This document shows positions 9,405 through 19,619 of a DNA stretch of 64,000 bases, piece by piece. The notes beneath the pieces were generated by a model. It worked only from the letters and a program-made list of their open reading frames with translations. It searched no databases and was not told the origin of the DNA. How positions within the stretch are numbered: position 1 is the stretch's first letter; each line of letters begins with the position of its first letter. Source of the stretch: Candidatus Heimdallarchaeota archaeon (GTDB taxonomy: Archaea; Asgardarchaeota; Heimdallarchaeia; Hodarchaeales; Hodarchaeaceae); contig CP070695.1 in NCBI GenBank assembly GCA_020353515.1, positions 2,674,155-2,738,154 on the forward strand. The letters are read 5' to 3'. Made by a program: the position numbers and the translations under genes.

Positions 9405-10214
9405 TTATTCATTTATATTCTGAAGTTTAAGATAAATCCATTTCATTACTCCCATTAAGGTTGTTAGCTCGCGTCCCGTGACGTATCCTCGTGATAGAAC
9501 ATTTGAAAAAGCTTGTAATGCCACGTGATGTTTTTCAGGACGATATCCTGTAAAATTAATTACCTGTTCAAAATAGCTCTCTAATTGTTGTCGTTCTCTA
9601 AATGAAGCCGCTCTATGTTTTAATTTAACCTTAGAATTTTGGTAAATATCCTGGAACTTTTGAGAAAGAAAGTAAAGTATAATAGTAACAGCATGAGAGA
9701 GGTTCATGACAGGATAAGTGCTGTGAGTTGGAATAGTAACCAGTAAATCACATATACTGATCTCCTCATTAGATAAACCAGATGGTTCTCTTCCAAATAC
9801 AATTGCTATCTTATTGTAAGAAAATTCTTCTTTCAATAATCGTTCTGGAGGGATTGTTATCCTTTTCAGATTATAATCACTCCCAACTCGGGCTGTAGTG
9901 CCAATCATAAAATCGAAGCTTTCACGTACATCCTGAAGATCCATAACAAGCTGAGCTTGATTAATTATCATATCAGCACGGCGAGCAACAACCTTGATCT
10001 CTGGATTTGATAAGTCAAGAATAGGATTGGTTATTATAAGGTTTGAAAATCCAAAATTCATCATCACACGGGCAATATTACCTAAATTTTGAGGTTTGCT
10101 TGGTTGTACTAGAATTACAGACGCAAAATCCCATGTCATATTCTTTTTTAACGTATCCGAGTTAGAATTTTTGATCATTTTAATCATCTCAATGTAAAAA
10201 TGACTCCTATGCAT
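9405..10214 (-). CDS. trmJ: tRNA C32/U32 2'-O-methyltransferase, TrmJ/TrmH SPOUT family (true start likely further downstream)
   Basis: NLGNIARVMMNFG, GTTAR, VFGREPSGLSNEE, YPVMNLSHAV. Confidence 0.9.
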   Translation of the reverse strand: MHRSHFYIEMIKMIKNSNSDTLKKNMTWDFASVILVQPSKPQNLGNIARVMMNFGFSNLIITNPILDLSNPEIKVVARRADMIINQAQLVMDLQDVRESFDFMIGTTARVGSDYNLKRITIPPERLLKEEFSYNKIAIVFGREPSGLSNEEISICDLLVTIPTHSTYPVMNLSHAVTIILYFLSQKFQDIYQNSKVKLKHRAASFRERQQLESYFEQVINFTGYRPEKHHVALQAFSNVLSRGYVTGRELTTLMGVMKWIYLKLQNINE

Positions 10215-10437
10215 CCCATTGGAAGGAAGCTTGCTTTCTACTTGTTATTTCATTTATTAGTAAGAATTATTAGTTTACCAGTTAAGAAGCTACAATTTAG
10301 GTTATTTCTAGGAAATAAACCCTTTTTTAAAGAATTTTAGTAGTAGAATAATTAATAGTTATATCTTAAAAAAGGTAAATATTGATCCTTATCCAGCAAA
10401 TCTTGCCCCCAAAGAGTCCTGGTTATATCTCTAAGAT

Positions 10438-10599
10438 GCGGGGGTAGCCAAGCTAGGTCAAAGGCGGCATTAAATGGGCTAGATGATAGTTTAGCATATC
10501 ATAAATTAATGCGCTGTCCAAAGGCGCTGGACTTAAGATCGCTTTTGATAAGCAATCCAGTCATATAGATGTACGAGGGTTCAAATCCCTTCCCCCGCA
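10438..10599 (+). tRNA. tRNA-Leu(TAA) with 2 introns (21/22: 10462-10521; 37/38: 10538-10554)
   Basis: GCGGGGG acceptor, CTGGA CTTAAG|A TCCAG anticodon arm, long variable arm; BHB central helices GGTC/GTCC and CTTA/TAAG. Confidence 0.9.
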
Positions 10600-10619
10600 T
10601 TTATTCCTTGACAATCTGA

Positions 10620-11960
10620 TCAGGTGCCCTTTTCCCTTTCTCCGATAAGATATGTAGGACCAGTGTCGGTTACAAAGACAGTTAGAAACTGACCCAATGA
10701 CAGATCTCCATCCTCGATCACTATTGGTAAGTATGACGTATTTCTTCCAATATATTGATTAGCTAGCTTTCCAATTTCGTCAATTAACATAATTCCCTTC
10801 CAACCAATCCATTTCTTTAGCTCTCTTTGAGTAATCTCCCGAGTTAATCTGGTTAATTCCCTGCTTCTATTAGCTTTGACTTTTGTTGGTATCTTATCTG
10901 GTAATTTCGAAGCTAAAGTTTGTGGACGATCGGTATACTTCGATATATTTACAATAACAGGGTTTATTTCTCGTATTAGGTCTTTAGTTGCTTTGAAATC
11001 TTCTTTTGATTCTCCAGGAAATCCCACTATAATGTCAGTTGCTAATACCAATTCATCTATTTCTTGCCGTAATTGGGAAACGAGGTCAATGAAATATTGT
11101 TGTGTCTCTTTTCTTCTCATTTTTTGAAGGATTGAATTGGATCCAGACTGAATTGGTAAATGGAGAAAAGAAAAAACCTTAGGATTACGTATTTGTCGAA
11201 CTAGGGGCTTGAAAAATCTTTTCAATGTAATAGGAGTCATCATCCCTAATCGGATGAAAAACTCACCTTTTGAACGTGCGATAGAGTCAATGAGAGTTGG
11301 TATATATAGCTTAGGGGAGAGATCCCAACCATATACACCAGTATCTTGTGATGTGAGCCATATTTCTCTACTTCCCCTTTCAATTGCGGAGCCGACTTCA
11401 GCTAATATTGATTCTTGTGAGCGTGAGCGAACTGACCCCTTGATATTTCTAACAATGCAAAAAGTACAATTTCCTAAGCAACCTCGAGATATTTCAATAG
11501 TTGTAATTATAGGATTATATCGAAAACGATCTTCTTTATACATCTGTGACCAATCGTGGGGGGGTGTAGTCTTCGTCTCCAATACAGATTGGTTCTTTAA
11601 CAGCTCTGTAATCTGGTTAGCAACCTCTGGAAAAAGAATTTTTGCATGTGGTAAGTTCTCAGAAACCCAATCACGCATAACAACTGGTAAACAACCAGTT
11701 ATTATGATTTCTTTAGCTTGAGATAAAGATAATAACTTACTTTTCATTCTATGCTCTGTATTTTGCTTAACGACACATGTATTAACAATTATTACCTTAG
11801 CATCTTCTGCGAAATTGGTGAGAGTATATCCATGTCTTTGTAATATCCCTGTCAAGCCCTCTGCAATCGCACGATTTGCGCTACAACCATAATTTAGGAC
11901 ATGAATAGGATTTTTACTCTCTTCTATTGATTTCATTGCAGTACGATCCAAATTACTCAT
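10620..11960 (-). CDS. tRNA t6A37 methylthiotransferase (MtaB/CDKAL1-like radical SAM)
   Basis: UPF0004 N-terminus (YGCSAN, NTCVVK, GCLP), CxxxCxxC (CLGNCTFC), C-terminal TRAM domain. Confidence 0.9.
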   Translation of the reverse strand: MSNLDRTAMKSIEESKNPIHVLNYGCSANRAIAEGLTGILQRHGYTLTNFAEDAKVIIVNTCVVKQNTEHRMKSKLLSLSQAKEIIITGCLPVVMRDWVSENLPHAKILFPEVANQITELLKNQSVLETKTTPPHDWSQMYKEDRFRYNPIITTIEISRGCLGNCTFCIVRNIKGSVRSRSQESILAEVGSAIERGSREIWLTSQDTGVYGWDLSPKLYIPTLIDSIARSKGEFFIRLGMMTPITLKRFFKPLVRQIRNPKVFSFLHLPIQSGSNSILQKMRRKETQQYFIDLVSQLRQEIDELVLATDIIVGFPGESKEDFKATKDLIREINPVIVNISKYTDRPQTLASKLPDKIPTKVKANRSRELTRLTREITQRELKKWIGWKGIMLIDEIGKLANQYIGRNTSYLPIVIEDGDLSLGQFLTVFVTDTGPTYLIGEREKGT

Positions 11961-12022
11961 CTGTGCAAAACCTTTTTTTAATGTCTGAGATCTAAATACA
12001 AGTGTGTGATTTATTCCTGAAG

Positions 12023-12172
12023 GTGTATGAGATTCGAACTGTCACTCTCTATGTAGAAGAAGAACTTATTGATGCTATGGCTGAATTAGTCAGAAATGGA
12101 AAATATCCAAATCGTTCTGAATTTGTACGTTCTGCCATTCGTGATCTCATAGACAAATATCAAGAGTCCTAG
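12023..12172 (+). CDS. Ribbon-helix-helix (CopG-family) regulator, 49 aa
   Basis: Manual translation from GTG: VYEIRTVTLYVEEELIDAMAELVRNGKYPNRSEFVRSAIRDLIDKYQES; below the ORF-track size cutoff. Confidence 0.85.
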   Translation: MYEIRTVTLYVEEELIDAMAELVRNGKYPNRSEFVRSAIRDLIDKYQES

Positions 12173-12207
12173 AATTATTTTTAAGGGATAATCACCAATG
12201 TATTAGT

Positions 12208-13245
12208 TTAACTATTCTCTTCAATCCAATTACCGATGAGAGGAACAACACTTACTGTGGTAAGACCAATAATATTTGTTTTGATAGTGTCAGTTGCAAT
12301 TATAAGCGTGGGATTAACTTTTCGCATCGTAGCAAAGTTAGGAGGAGAATGAACTGCATGTATATAGGCCAAAATTATTTCTTTTGCACCTTTATCCTTT
12401 GCAATTTTTGCAGCACCAATCATTGTTTTTCCTGAGCTGACTAAATCGTCAATAATGATAACTGTTCGATTCTTAAGTTCGAAAGAAAGGCCTTCCAGTT
12501 TTTGGGTAATTTCCCCAGTTTCTAGATTTCTTATTTTTTGGATAGCAGCGAAATAAGGCGTGTTCATAGCTTTTGCTAGTCCTCTGGCTAAAAAAAGCGC
12601 ACCTTCGTCTGGAGAAAGACAAATACTCTCTTGAGGAGAAGAGACACGTGATTTCAAAGATTTCCCTAAAACTGGTATCGCAGAAAGATCGCTAGCCTGA
12701 GATTTTGTAAAAAAATGAGCAATATCTACCTTTCCATGAGTATGCGAATTAATGGTAATAAAATCATCTATTCCAGCAGATTCCAAAGCTGAAGCGAGAT
12801 GTTTACTTGAAATGGGTTCCCCTTTCCGAGTTTCCCTATCTTGTCTGGAATAAAGATGATATGGCATAATGCAAGATATTCGAGCAGGATTATGTCGTTT
12901 CACATTATAAATTGTCCAAAGCAGGGAAATTAAATATTGGTTCTTAGGTTGATTCAGTTCCAGCTGCATAGCTATAACAATGTGGTTTCCTTTCAGTTGA
13001 TCCTCCTCAGATAATTGTAAGCGGGGACAAACTTCGCCGTCAGGAAAAATTCTATGGTCAATTCCAACAAAAGCTGAGGATGATAATGTTTCTGAAATTT
13101 TACCCGCAAATTCTGGGTTTCCTACCAGTATAACACCCATGATTAAAGAAACTCCTGCTGTTCTTACATGATCATGATGTTTGTAATGGTATATTATAGT
13201 TAATCTAAAGAGAAAATCTAAATAAAAGTACAGATCACTCAACAA
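12208..13245 (-). CDS. prs: Ribose-phosphate pyrophosphokinase (likely start ~13140, MGVILVG)
   Basis: FPDGEV, MPYHLYSRQDR...GEPIS, SPDEGA, IIIDDLVSSGKT. Confidence 0.92.
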   Translation of the reverse strand: MLSDLYFYLDFLFRLTIIYHYKHHDHVRTAGVSLIMGVILVGNPEFAGKISETLSSSAFVGIDHRIFPDGEVCPRLQLSEEDQLKGNHIVIAMQLELNQPKNQYLISLLWTIYNVKRHNPARISCIMPYHLYSRQDRETRKGEPISSKHLASALESAGIDDFITINSHTHGKVDIAHFFTKSQASDLSAIPVLGKSLKSRVSSPQESICLSPDEGALFLARGLAKAMNTPYFAAIQKIRNLETGEITQKLEGLSFELKNRTVIIIDDLVSSGKTMIGAAKIAKDKGAKEIILAYIHAVHSPPNFATMRKVNPTLIIATDTIKTNIIGLTTVSVVPLIGNWIEENS

Positions 13246-13276
13246 TCAGCTCAAGAAAGATGAAGAGAGGAGCTTT

Positions 13277-14542
13277 TTGAATAAGAAGCAAAAAAACAAC
13301 ATTGAAACTAAGAAGAATAGTAAATGGTATTCAGGGAACGTTTTATTACTGGGTCTCGTATCTTTCTTTGCAGATATATCAGGAGAAATGATGACTCCTG
13401 TATTGCCCCTGTTTATTGCTGCATTAGGTGGCTCTAGTATAGTTGTTGGATTTATCGGGGGTTTAGGAGATGCTGTTGCGAATATTGTAAAAGTCATTTC
13501 TGGGTACTTAGCTGACAAAACAGCAAGAAGAAAACAGCTGATTGCAGTAGGATATGGCATTCCTTTTTTCGCAAAGCTTGGAATTGGCCTATCAAACTCT
13601 TGGGAACAAGTACTAATCTTGAAACCGACAGAAAGGCTGGGAAAGGGAATTCGAGGTGCTCCCCGCGATTCATTATTAGCTGATTCAATCCCTTTCGAGT
13701 TAAGAGGAAAAGCTTTTGGCTTCCATCGAATGATGGACACAGCAGGAGCCATTATTGGATCATTTCTAGCATTAATTATTGCTCTTCTCTTTTTCAATGT
13801 TTTAATTAGTGAATTAGAAATTCTCAAGATTATCATAATCATATCCGCCTTCATATCATTACTTGCAGTAATTCCGATATTTTTTATCTCTGATTCAGCG
13901 GAACTAACACCTAAAGGAGAGCAACGAAAAATAAGTTTAGTCCAAAATCTTAAAGAATTGCCGAAGAGCTATTATAAATTTTTAATTGTCTCAATAATCT
14001 TTGGTTTAGCTAATTTTACTATCCTCCTGTTTATTCTACATTCAAAAAATGTTGTTCTAGGAATAGATGAGACATCACCCCCTCTTGTCTTAATAACAAT
14101 CCCAATTATTATTTTTATCTGGTTCAATATAGTTTATACGGTTTTATCAATTCCTTTTTGTGATTGGTCTTACAAGTATTGGCGGAAACCAGTTTTTGCA
14201 ATTGGTCTCGCTCTATTTGCCATTACATGTTTTGGTTTCCTATTCACTACGATTTTTATCCTGCTTTTCTTATTCTTTGGAATATATGGAGCCTTTAATG
14301 CAGCAACTGATGGAATCCAAAAAGCATTTGCAGTAGATCTACTTCCCCAAGATCTTAAAGGAACGGGAATAGGATTATTGCAGACTTTAATGGGGTTTGC
14401 AGGCATTCTTGGTGGATTTATTGCTGGTTACCTATATAATTTTGAAGCTAATCTTGCGTTTATTTATGGAGGGATTATGACAATCATTGCATTAGTTTTA
14501 TTGCTGCTAACCACCTTCACGTCTAAAGAGAGGGCTTCTTAA
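13277..14542 (+). CDS. MFS transporter
   Basis: ~12 TM segments; SGYLADKTARRK motif A, ERLGKGIRGAPRD, GKAFGFHRMMDTAGA. Confidence 0.9.
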   Translation: MNKKQKNNIETKKNSKWYSGNVLLLGLVSFFADISGEMMTPVLPLFIAALGGSSIVVGFIGGLGDAVANIVKVISGYLADKTARRKQLIAVGYGIPFFAKLGIGLSNSWEQVLILKPTERLGKGIRGAPRDSLLADSIPFELRGKAFGFHRMMDTAGAIIGSFLALIIALLFFNVLISELEILKIIIIISAFISLLAVIPIFFISDSAELTPKGEQRKISLVQNLKELPKSYYKFLIVSIIFGLANFTILLFILHSKNVVLGIDETSPPLVLITIPIIIFIWFNIVYTVLSIPFCDWSYKYWRKPVFAIGLALFAITCFGFLFTTIFILLFLFFGIYGAFNAATDGIQKAFAVDLLPQDLKGTGIGLLQTLMGFAGILGGFIAGYLYNFEANLAFIYGGIMTIIALVLLLLTTFTSKERAS

Positions 14543-14632
14543 AAAATATGATTTTAATATTAGTATGATCTGTTTAACGTAAGAATTTATCCTCATATTA
14601 GTATGAGCTCCAAAACGGAAGCAAAATTTAAG

Positions 14633-14737
14633 CGGGCACAGAGGGATTTGAACCCCCGACCAACAGGTATCTTCAGTCAAATTCTTAAAATATGAACATT
14701 AAAAGCCTGTCGCTCTACCTGGCTGAGCTATGCGCCC
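14633..14737 (-). tRNA. tRNA-Lys(TTT), canonical 37/38 intron (14669-14699)
   Basis: GGGCGCA...ACAGG CTTTTA|A CCTGT; BHB helix CTTT/GAAG. Confidence 0.93.
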
Positions 14738-14746
14738 TTAGGTTTC

Positions 14747-14854
14747 TGGCGCCCCGGTCGGGATTTGAACCCGAGTCGGATGGGTTCGGCAGACTATCAG
14801 AGTTGATAAGGCTTTGACAGCCATCAATGCTAGGCCAGACTACACCACCGGGGC
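14747..14854 (-). tRNA. tRNA-Asp(GTC), 37/38 intron (14785-14814), CCA encoded
   Basis: GCCCCGG...GATGG CTGTCA|C CCATC...CCGGGGC G CCA. Confidence 0.93.
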
Positions 14855-15041
14855 TAGATACCAAGTGAAGGTCTTAATTACCTTAGCGATAAATAAGCGT
14901 CCACGTCTGTCCCTTCTTTCTCAATTTTTTAAATTGATCCTCTCTTAAAGAAGTTCCTGCATAACCTTAAAATCCTAGAGCCATTGCAAGGAAAATTGCC
15001 GAATACCCCTTCGTGTAAGGTGATTACCCCTAATTATATGT

Positions 15042-15262
15042 GCTGGGGTGGCTTAAACGATAATAATCATTTTATCGTGGCGAAGCCTGGTATAATCATA
15101 CTGTCTATAGTCAGAATGCCGAGAGCGCGGGACTCATAATCTGAGAACAATTCTCATAGCGTTCTAAGGGCACGAATCTCGCTTTCAGACGAGACATCCC
15201 GAAGTCGGGGGTTCGAATTTAGGTAAAATGCATTTTATCAAACGAAAAGCCCCCCCCCAGCA
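15042..15262 (+). tRNA. Elongator tRNA-Met(CAT) with 4 introns (14/15: 15056-15084; 21/22: 15095-15122; 37/38: 15139-15195; 59/60: 15218-15248)
   Basis: Removing four hairpin inserts gives a 76-nt cloverleaf GCTGGGG TG GCTT AGCCTGGTATA GAGC G CGGGA CTCATAA TCCCG AAGTC GGGGG TTCGAA(G/T) CCCCC CCCCAGC A. Confidence 0.88.
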
Positions 15263-15341
15263 TGTTTATTTCAATCTAACAATTTCAGGAAATAATGTAT
15301 AGAGAAAATCAATATAACAGAAGACATGGTAATCATTATAT

Positions 15342-15448
15342 GCTCCGATAGTGTAGCTCGGCCCATCATTCAGGGCTCTCAATGAAAGTCTATTAATCAG
15401 ATTTTCAGGAGCTCCCCTGTGACCCGGGTTCAAATCCCGGTCGGAGCA
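15342..15448 (+). tRNA. tRNA-Glu(CTC), 37/38 intron (15382-15413)
   Basis: CAGGG CTCTCA|C CCCTG; BHB CTCT/GGAG with intron stem TGAAAGTCT/AGATTTTCA. Confidence 0.93.
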
Positions 15449-15499
15449 TTCCTTATCCTTCGATAGAATCCAGAATGAGAATTTTTTCTATTTATATAC

Positions 15500-16864
15500 T
15501 TACCCAAATAATCCCTCAAAACCAGGTGGGATCCCACCAGGAGGAGCCCCACGGCGTCCTCGCATTTTTCGCATCGCTTTTAATGATTTTGAAGCTTGGT
15601 TAAACTGGTTTAAAAGGAGTTTTACTTCTTGAGGGGAAGTACCTGATCCTTGTGCTATCCTTTGAATACGTCTACCTTTAATTATTCGAGCATTATCCAA
15701 TTCTTCCTCTGTCATTGAATTACAAATTGCGATAAATCGTTTCACATTTCTTTGACCTTCTGCTTCTAATATGGGTTGTTGACCCGTTATAGCACCAACT
15801 CCAGGTATTTTGGAAACCAATTTTCCTATAGATGATTGCTTACTCGCATTCTCCATTTGGATTTTAAAATGTCGTAGAGTTAATTTTCCTTTTTTGAAAG
15901 CATCGCGAAGTTCAGCCGTGTCTTGCTCATCAAATGCTTCGTTAACACTTTCTATTAAACCCTCGATATCACCAAGCCCTAAGAGAGATCCAACAAATCG
16001 AGTTGGATTAAACTCCTCTAAATCTTGAATTTTTTCCCCGTCACCATAAAATCGAATTTTTGCTCCTGTTACAGCAACAGCAGAGACAGCCCCTCCACCT
16101 TTAGCGGAACCATCCATCTTTGTTAAAATGATTGACCCAATAGGGGTTGTACGATTAAAAGCATCTGCTTGTGCTTGAGCTTGTTGACCTATTGTAGCAT
16201 CAATCACTAGGATAATTTCTGTGGGTTTAGCTATTTTAGCAATTTCTTGCATTTCTTTTAATAAAGCTTTTTCCTCTTTATGTCGTCCTGCTGTATCTAG
16301 TAATATGAGATTGATATTCCTTTTCTCTTTAAAATAGCTTAATCCTTTTTTAATTATTTTTGAAGCTTTTTTCTCCTTTTCATCCCCAAAAACCTCAACA
16401 TTAATGGGAGCAAGATATTGTTGAAGTTGAGCTAAAGCACCGGGTCTAAACGTATCACCTCCTATAACTCCAACGGAATATCCCCTTTTCTGGAAATAAT
16501 TTGCAGTTTTCCCGATACATGTTGTTTTACCTGATCCTTGGATACCGATGAACATTAAAATAGATAAATCATCAGGATTTAGGCGTAAAGGAGTAAATTT
16601 CTTACCCAATAGGCTGGCCAGTTCATCATAGATCACTTTCAGAGTATAATCTTTACGACTAATAGCCATAGGTAAGATGTCTTTGAGAGCTCTCTCACGT
16701 ACTCTTTCAGTAACATTTAGTACTAAATCAAGGTTAACATCAGCTGCAAGCAGAGCGTTTTCTAAATCATTAATCAATTCATTGATCAATCTCTCATCAA
16801 CAATGGGTGCACCACGAATTTTCATGATTGTTTTACGTAATGATGAGCTTAAAGTATCTAGCAT
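15500..16864 (-). CDS. srp54: Signal recognition particle protein SRP54
   Basis: GIQGSGKTT, DTAGRH, TKMDGSAKGGG, M domain. Confidence 0.97.
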   Translation of the reverse strand: MLDTLSSSLRKTIMKIRGAPIVDERLINELINDLENALLAADVNLDLVLNVTERVRERALKDILPMAISRKDYTLKVIYDELASLLGKKFTPLRLNPDDLSILMFIGIQGSGKTTCIGKTANYFQKRGYSVGVIGGDTFRPGALAQLQQYLAPINVEVFGDEKEKKASKIIKKGLSYFKEKRNINLILLDTAGRHKEEKALLKEMQEIAKIAKPTEIILVIDATIGQQAQAQADAFNRTTPIGSIILTKMDGSAKGGGAVSAVAVTGAKIRFYGDGEKIQDLEEFNPTRFVGSLLGLGDIEGLIESVNEAFDEQDTAELRDAFKKGKLTLRHFKIQMENASKQSSIGKLVSKIPGVGAITGQQPILEAEGQRNVKRFIAICNSMTEEELDNARIIKGRRIQRIAQGSGTSPQEVKLLLNQFNQASKSLKAMRKMRGRRGAPPGGIPPGFEGLFG

Positions 16865-17013
16865 CTATATTAAACTCCATTGGTTTTTCTATTTCTTTGA
16901 AGACGATATAGGACCCTCATTACACAAGAGATCTGTTTGTTTGAACCTCGGTGAATGTATGCAATAGTTCTGAAGTGAGTTATTCATCTTTACTGGTAAC
17001 TGATTAATAAATT

Positions 17014-17619
17014 TTATTCCAAGGGCATTTTATCATTAATGATAAAATTTGGTTTAATGTCATCTAAAAGATAATTGAGAATTGTTATCGTCTGAGAGGT
17101 TAAATATTCAGTGGATCCTAGGGAGAATTTTGGAAACTTCGAAAAATACTGGTAAATTTCTTCTTGAAATCCTAATTGATCACCGAGTAAGAATGAATCA
17201 AACTCATTAAGTAGATTAAGAGATTGCTCTCCCATTCTATCGATAACGACAAATTTCTGCTTCTTTAGACATTGTTCTAGGCTGGATGAATAAAATTTTA
17301 TCCCAGGATACGAATGACCGTTAAACACGTGTTTCAATACTCCTGCTATCGCTCTTTCATCTGGATTTATCCCACGAACTTCTTCACCCCAAATTTCCAA
17401 AATTTTATTGTTAATCTGAAAATAAATAATAAAGATAACATCTTTCCTAAAATCATTGGAGAGGAAGAAAGCTGCATTAATACACCGACACAGAACATCT
17501 AACCGCCCATATCCTGTTAATGAATTTAAAGAAAGGTGTTTAGAAGTATCAACTGTGTTTGAAATCACAAAAAACCATCTCATGATAATTTTTCTGCTCC
17601 TAAAATTCTGGTTGACCAA
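17014..17619 (-). CDS. trmY: tRNA (pseudouridine54-N1)-methyltransferase
   Basis: GRLDVLCRCINAAFFLSNDFRKD, INPDERAIA, FLLGDQLG; adjacent to pus10. Confidence 0.88.
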   Translation of the reverse strand: MVNQNFRSRKIIMRWFFVISNTVDTSKHLSLNSLTGYGRLDVLCRCINAAFFLSNDFRKDVIFIIYFQINNKILEIWGEEVRGINPDERAIAGVLKHVFNGHSYPGIKFYSSSLEQCLKKQKFVVIDRMGEQSLNLLNEFDSFLLGDQLGFQEEIYQYFSKFPKFSLGSTEYLTSQTITILNYLLDDIKPNFIINDKMPLE

Positions 17620-17786
17620 AATTAACTATTTAATTGCAGCTAAATTCATTTATTTGTCTGCTTATTTATTCTATAGAAAATAAGTAAAATAACTTCATGA
17701 AAATGAGATATTTAGATAAATTACTTTTCAAAATAATTAGATTTAATCCTTCTATTCCTTTTCATTACTAATGAAGGGTTTTATAA

Positions 17787-19142
17787 ATGGAAACATCAAT
17801 CTTTAATAAGGCTAAGCACCTAATTACGCATGTCCATTGCTGTAATTCCTGCCTAGGTCGGCAATTTGGCAATTTATTGTCAGGATTATCAAATAAAAAA
17901 CGAGGTGAAGCATTAAAAATTATACTCTTGATGGAATGGGAAAATATTCATCGATTGTTAAAAAAAGAACCTCCAAAATCATCATCACTGTTATCTGAAG
18001 ACTTCAATATTGGAAAAATGTCAATTCAACGTTTTTTTTCAGAGATTCAATCTGCAAGTACTCATTGTGAAATTTGTCAAGGGAATCTTTATCCCCAAAA
18101 ACTAAAGGAATTAGCCAACAGTGCTCTAGAAGCGCTCAATGAATATGAATTTTCAACATTTCTTGTGGGAAGTCAGTTCCCTCCGTCAATAATAGATAAA
18201 GAAGATACAATTCGAAGTACCTATAATCTCGAATTTGGAGAATCAATTAAATCAGAGTTTAACCGTGAAATTGGTAAAATACTACAAGAACAACTAACCC
18301 TTGCAACAGTTGACTTCAAAACACCTGACATTGTCATAACATTTAATCTCCGTAGTGATCAGATAACCATTAAAACGAATCCTTTATTCATCCTTGGGAG
18401 ATATAGAAAATTCGAACGCGGAATTCCACAATCAAAATGGTTCTGTCGTGAATGTAGAGGGAAGGGTTGTGAGTATTGTAATTTCACGGGGAAAATGTAC
18501 CAAGAATCTGTGGAAGAATATATTTCTGAGCCTTTCCTTTCTGCAGCTAAAGGTACAGCCAGTAAATTTCATGGTTCAGGTCGAGAAGATATTGATGCCC
18601 GTATGTTAGGAACTGGAAGACCATTTATTCTTGAAATTTCAGAACCAAGGAAGAGAAACTTAAATCTCACCGAAATCATGGAGATAGTAAACGAAAAAGC
18701 AGGAGGGAAGGTTGAAATTGACATCGAAGGAATAACCAACAGATCTAAAGTTCGTGAACTTAAGACACGTTCAAGTAGGAATGCAAAAGGTTATCGAGTG
18801 ATTATTTCCTTAGATCCCCCCATAAAGCTTGAAGAACTGGAAATCTTAGCCATTGCAGATGAATTTTCAGATTTACTTATCCAACAGCGAACTCCATTAC
18901 GAGTAGTTCATCGTCGAGCTGATAAGATTCGATCTAGAAAAGTTCAAACATTTCGAATTGAGAAATTTGAACCACATCAATTGACTGCTTATGTGGTTTG
19001 TGAGGGAGGGTTATATGTGAAAGAGTTAATCAGTGGGGATGAGGGGCGAACTCAGCCGAATCTTTCTGAGCGTCTTAATACTACTGCTGTGGTTACTCAA
19101 CTTGATGTCATAGAAGTTTTGAGTGAGAAGGACTCTTTTTAA
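17787..19142 (+). CDS. pus10: tRNA pseudouridine(54/55) synthase Pus10
   Basis: CNSCLGRQF, FHGSGREDIDARMLGTGRPF, QRTPLRVVHRRAD, GGLYVKELISGDEGRT. Confidence 0.96.
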   Translation: METSIFNKAKHLITHVHCCNSCLGRQFGNLLSGLSNKKRGEALKIILLMEWENIHRLLKKEPPKSSSLLSEDFNIGKMSIQRFFSEIQSASTHCEICQGNLYPQKLKELANSALEALNEYEFSTFLVGSQFPPSIIDKEDTIRSTYNLEFGESIKSEFNREIGKILQEQLTLATVDFKTPDIVITFNLRSDQITIKTNPLFILGRYRKFERGIPQSKWFCRECRGKGCEYCNFTGKMYQESVEEYISEPFLSAAKGTASKFHGSGREDIDARMLGTGRPFILEISEPRKRNLNLTEIMEIVNEKAGGKVEIDIEGITNRSKVRELKTRSSRNAKGYRVIISLDPPIKLEELEILAIADEFSDLLIQQRTPLRVVHRRADKIRSRKVQTFRIEKFEPHQLTAYVVCEGGLYVKELISGDEGRTQPNLSERLNTTAVVTQLDVIEVLSEKDSF

Positions 19143-19288
19143 TACTATTTCTAGAAAGATTCTTCAATTTTAAAAGAAATCCAAAAATAGGTTAAGAAAA
19201 CTCCTTTCTAATGGTGTCACTGAAGCCTAAAGCCCTCTCTTGGACTTAAAAACCAAAGAATAGCTAAAATACTTGGAGAAAAGACAGA

Positions 19289-19585
19289 ATGGTAAAGAAA
19301 TCAAAAGGTGTGAACTTTAGGACACGGAAACTTTTTTCTAAACATCCAAGGAAACGAGGTTTACCTTCTTTATCCCGAACATTGGCAAATTATGAGGTGA
19401 ATTCCAAAGTAAACATTGTAATTGAACCCAGTATCCAAAAAGGACGACCTCATAGAAGATTTCATGGAAAGACTGGAATTGTTTTGGAAAAACGAGGCCA
19501 AGCTTATTTAATCCAAGTTTCAGATGGAAATAGCCTCAAAAAAGTAATTGCTCGACCCGAACATCTGAAAGCACAATTGCAATGA
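19289..19585 (+). CDS. rpl21e: 50S ribosomal protein L21e
   Basis: IEPSIQKGRPHRRFHGKTG...RPEHL. Confidence 0.97.
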   Translation: MVKKSKGVNFRTRKLFSKHPRKRGLPSLSRTLANYEVNSKVNIVIEPSIQKGRPHRRFHGKTGIVLEKRGQAYLIQVSDGNSLKKVIARPEHLKAQLQ

Positions 19586-19619
19586 AGAACTGATAGATTT
19601 GTAGGATTGGTAATTAAGA

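Noticed and set aside
13246-13854. 202-aa minus-strand ORF
   Set aside because: Antisense shadow of the MFS transporter; no motifs. The same applies to most other short overlapping ORFs in the track (e.g. 11209-11721, 30846-31217, 34939-35316).
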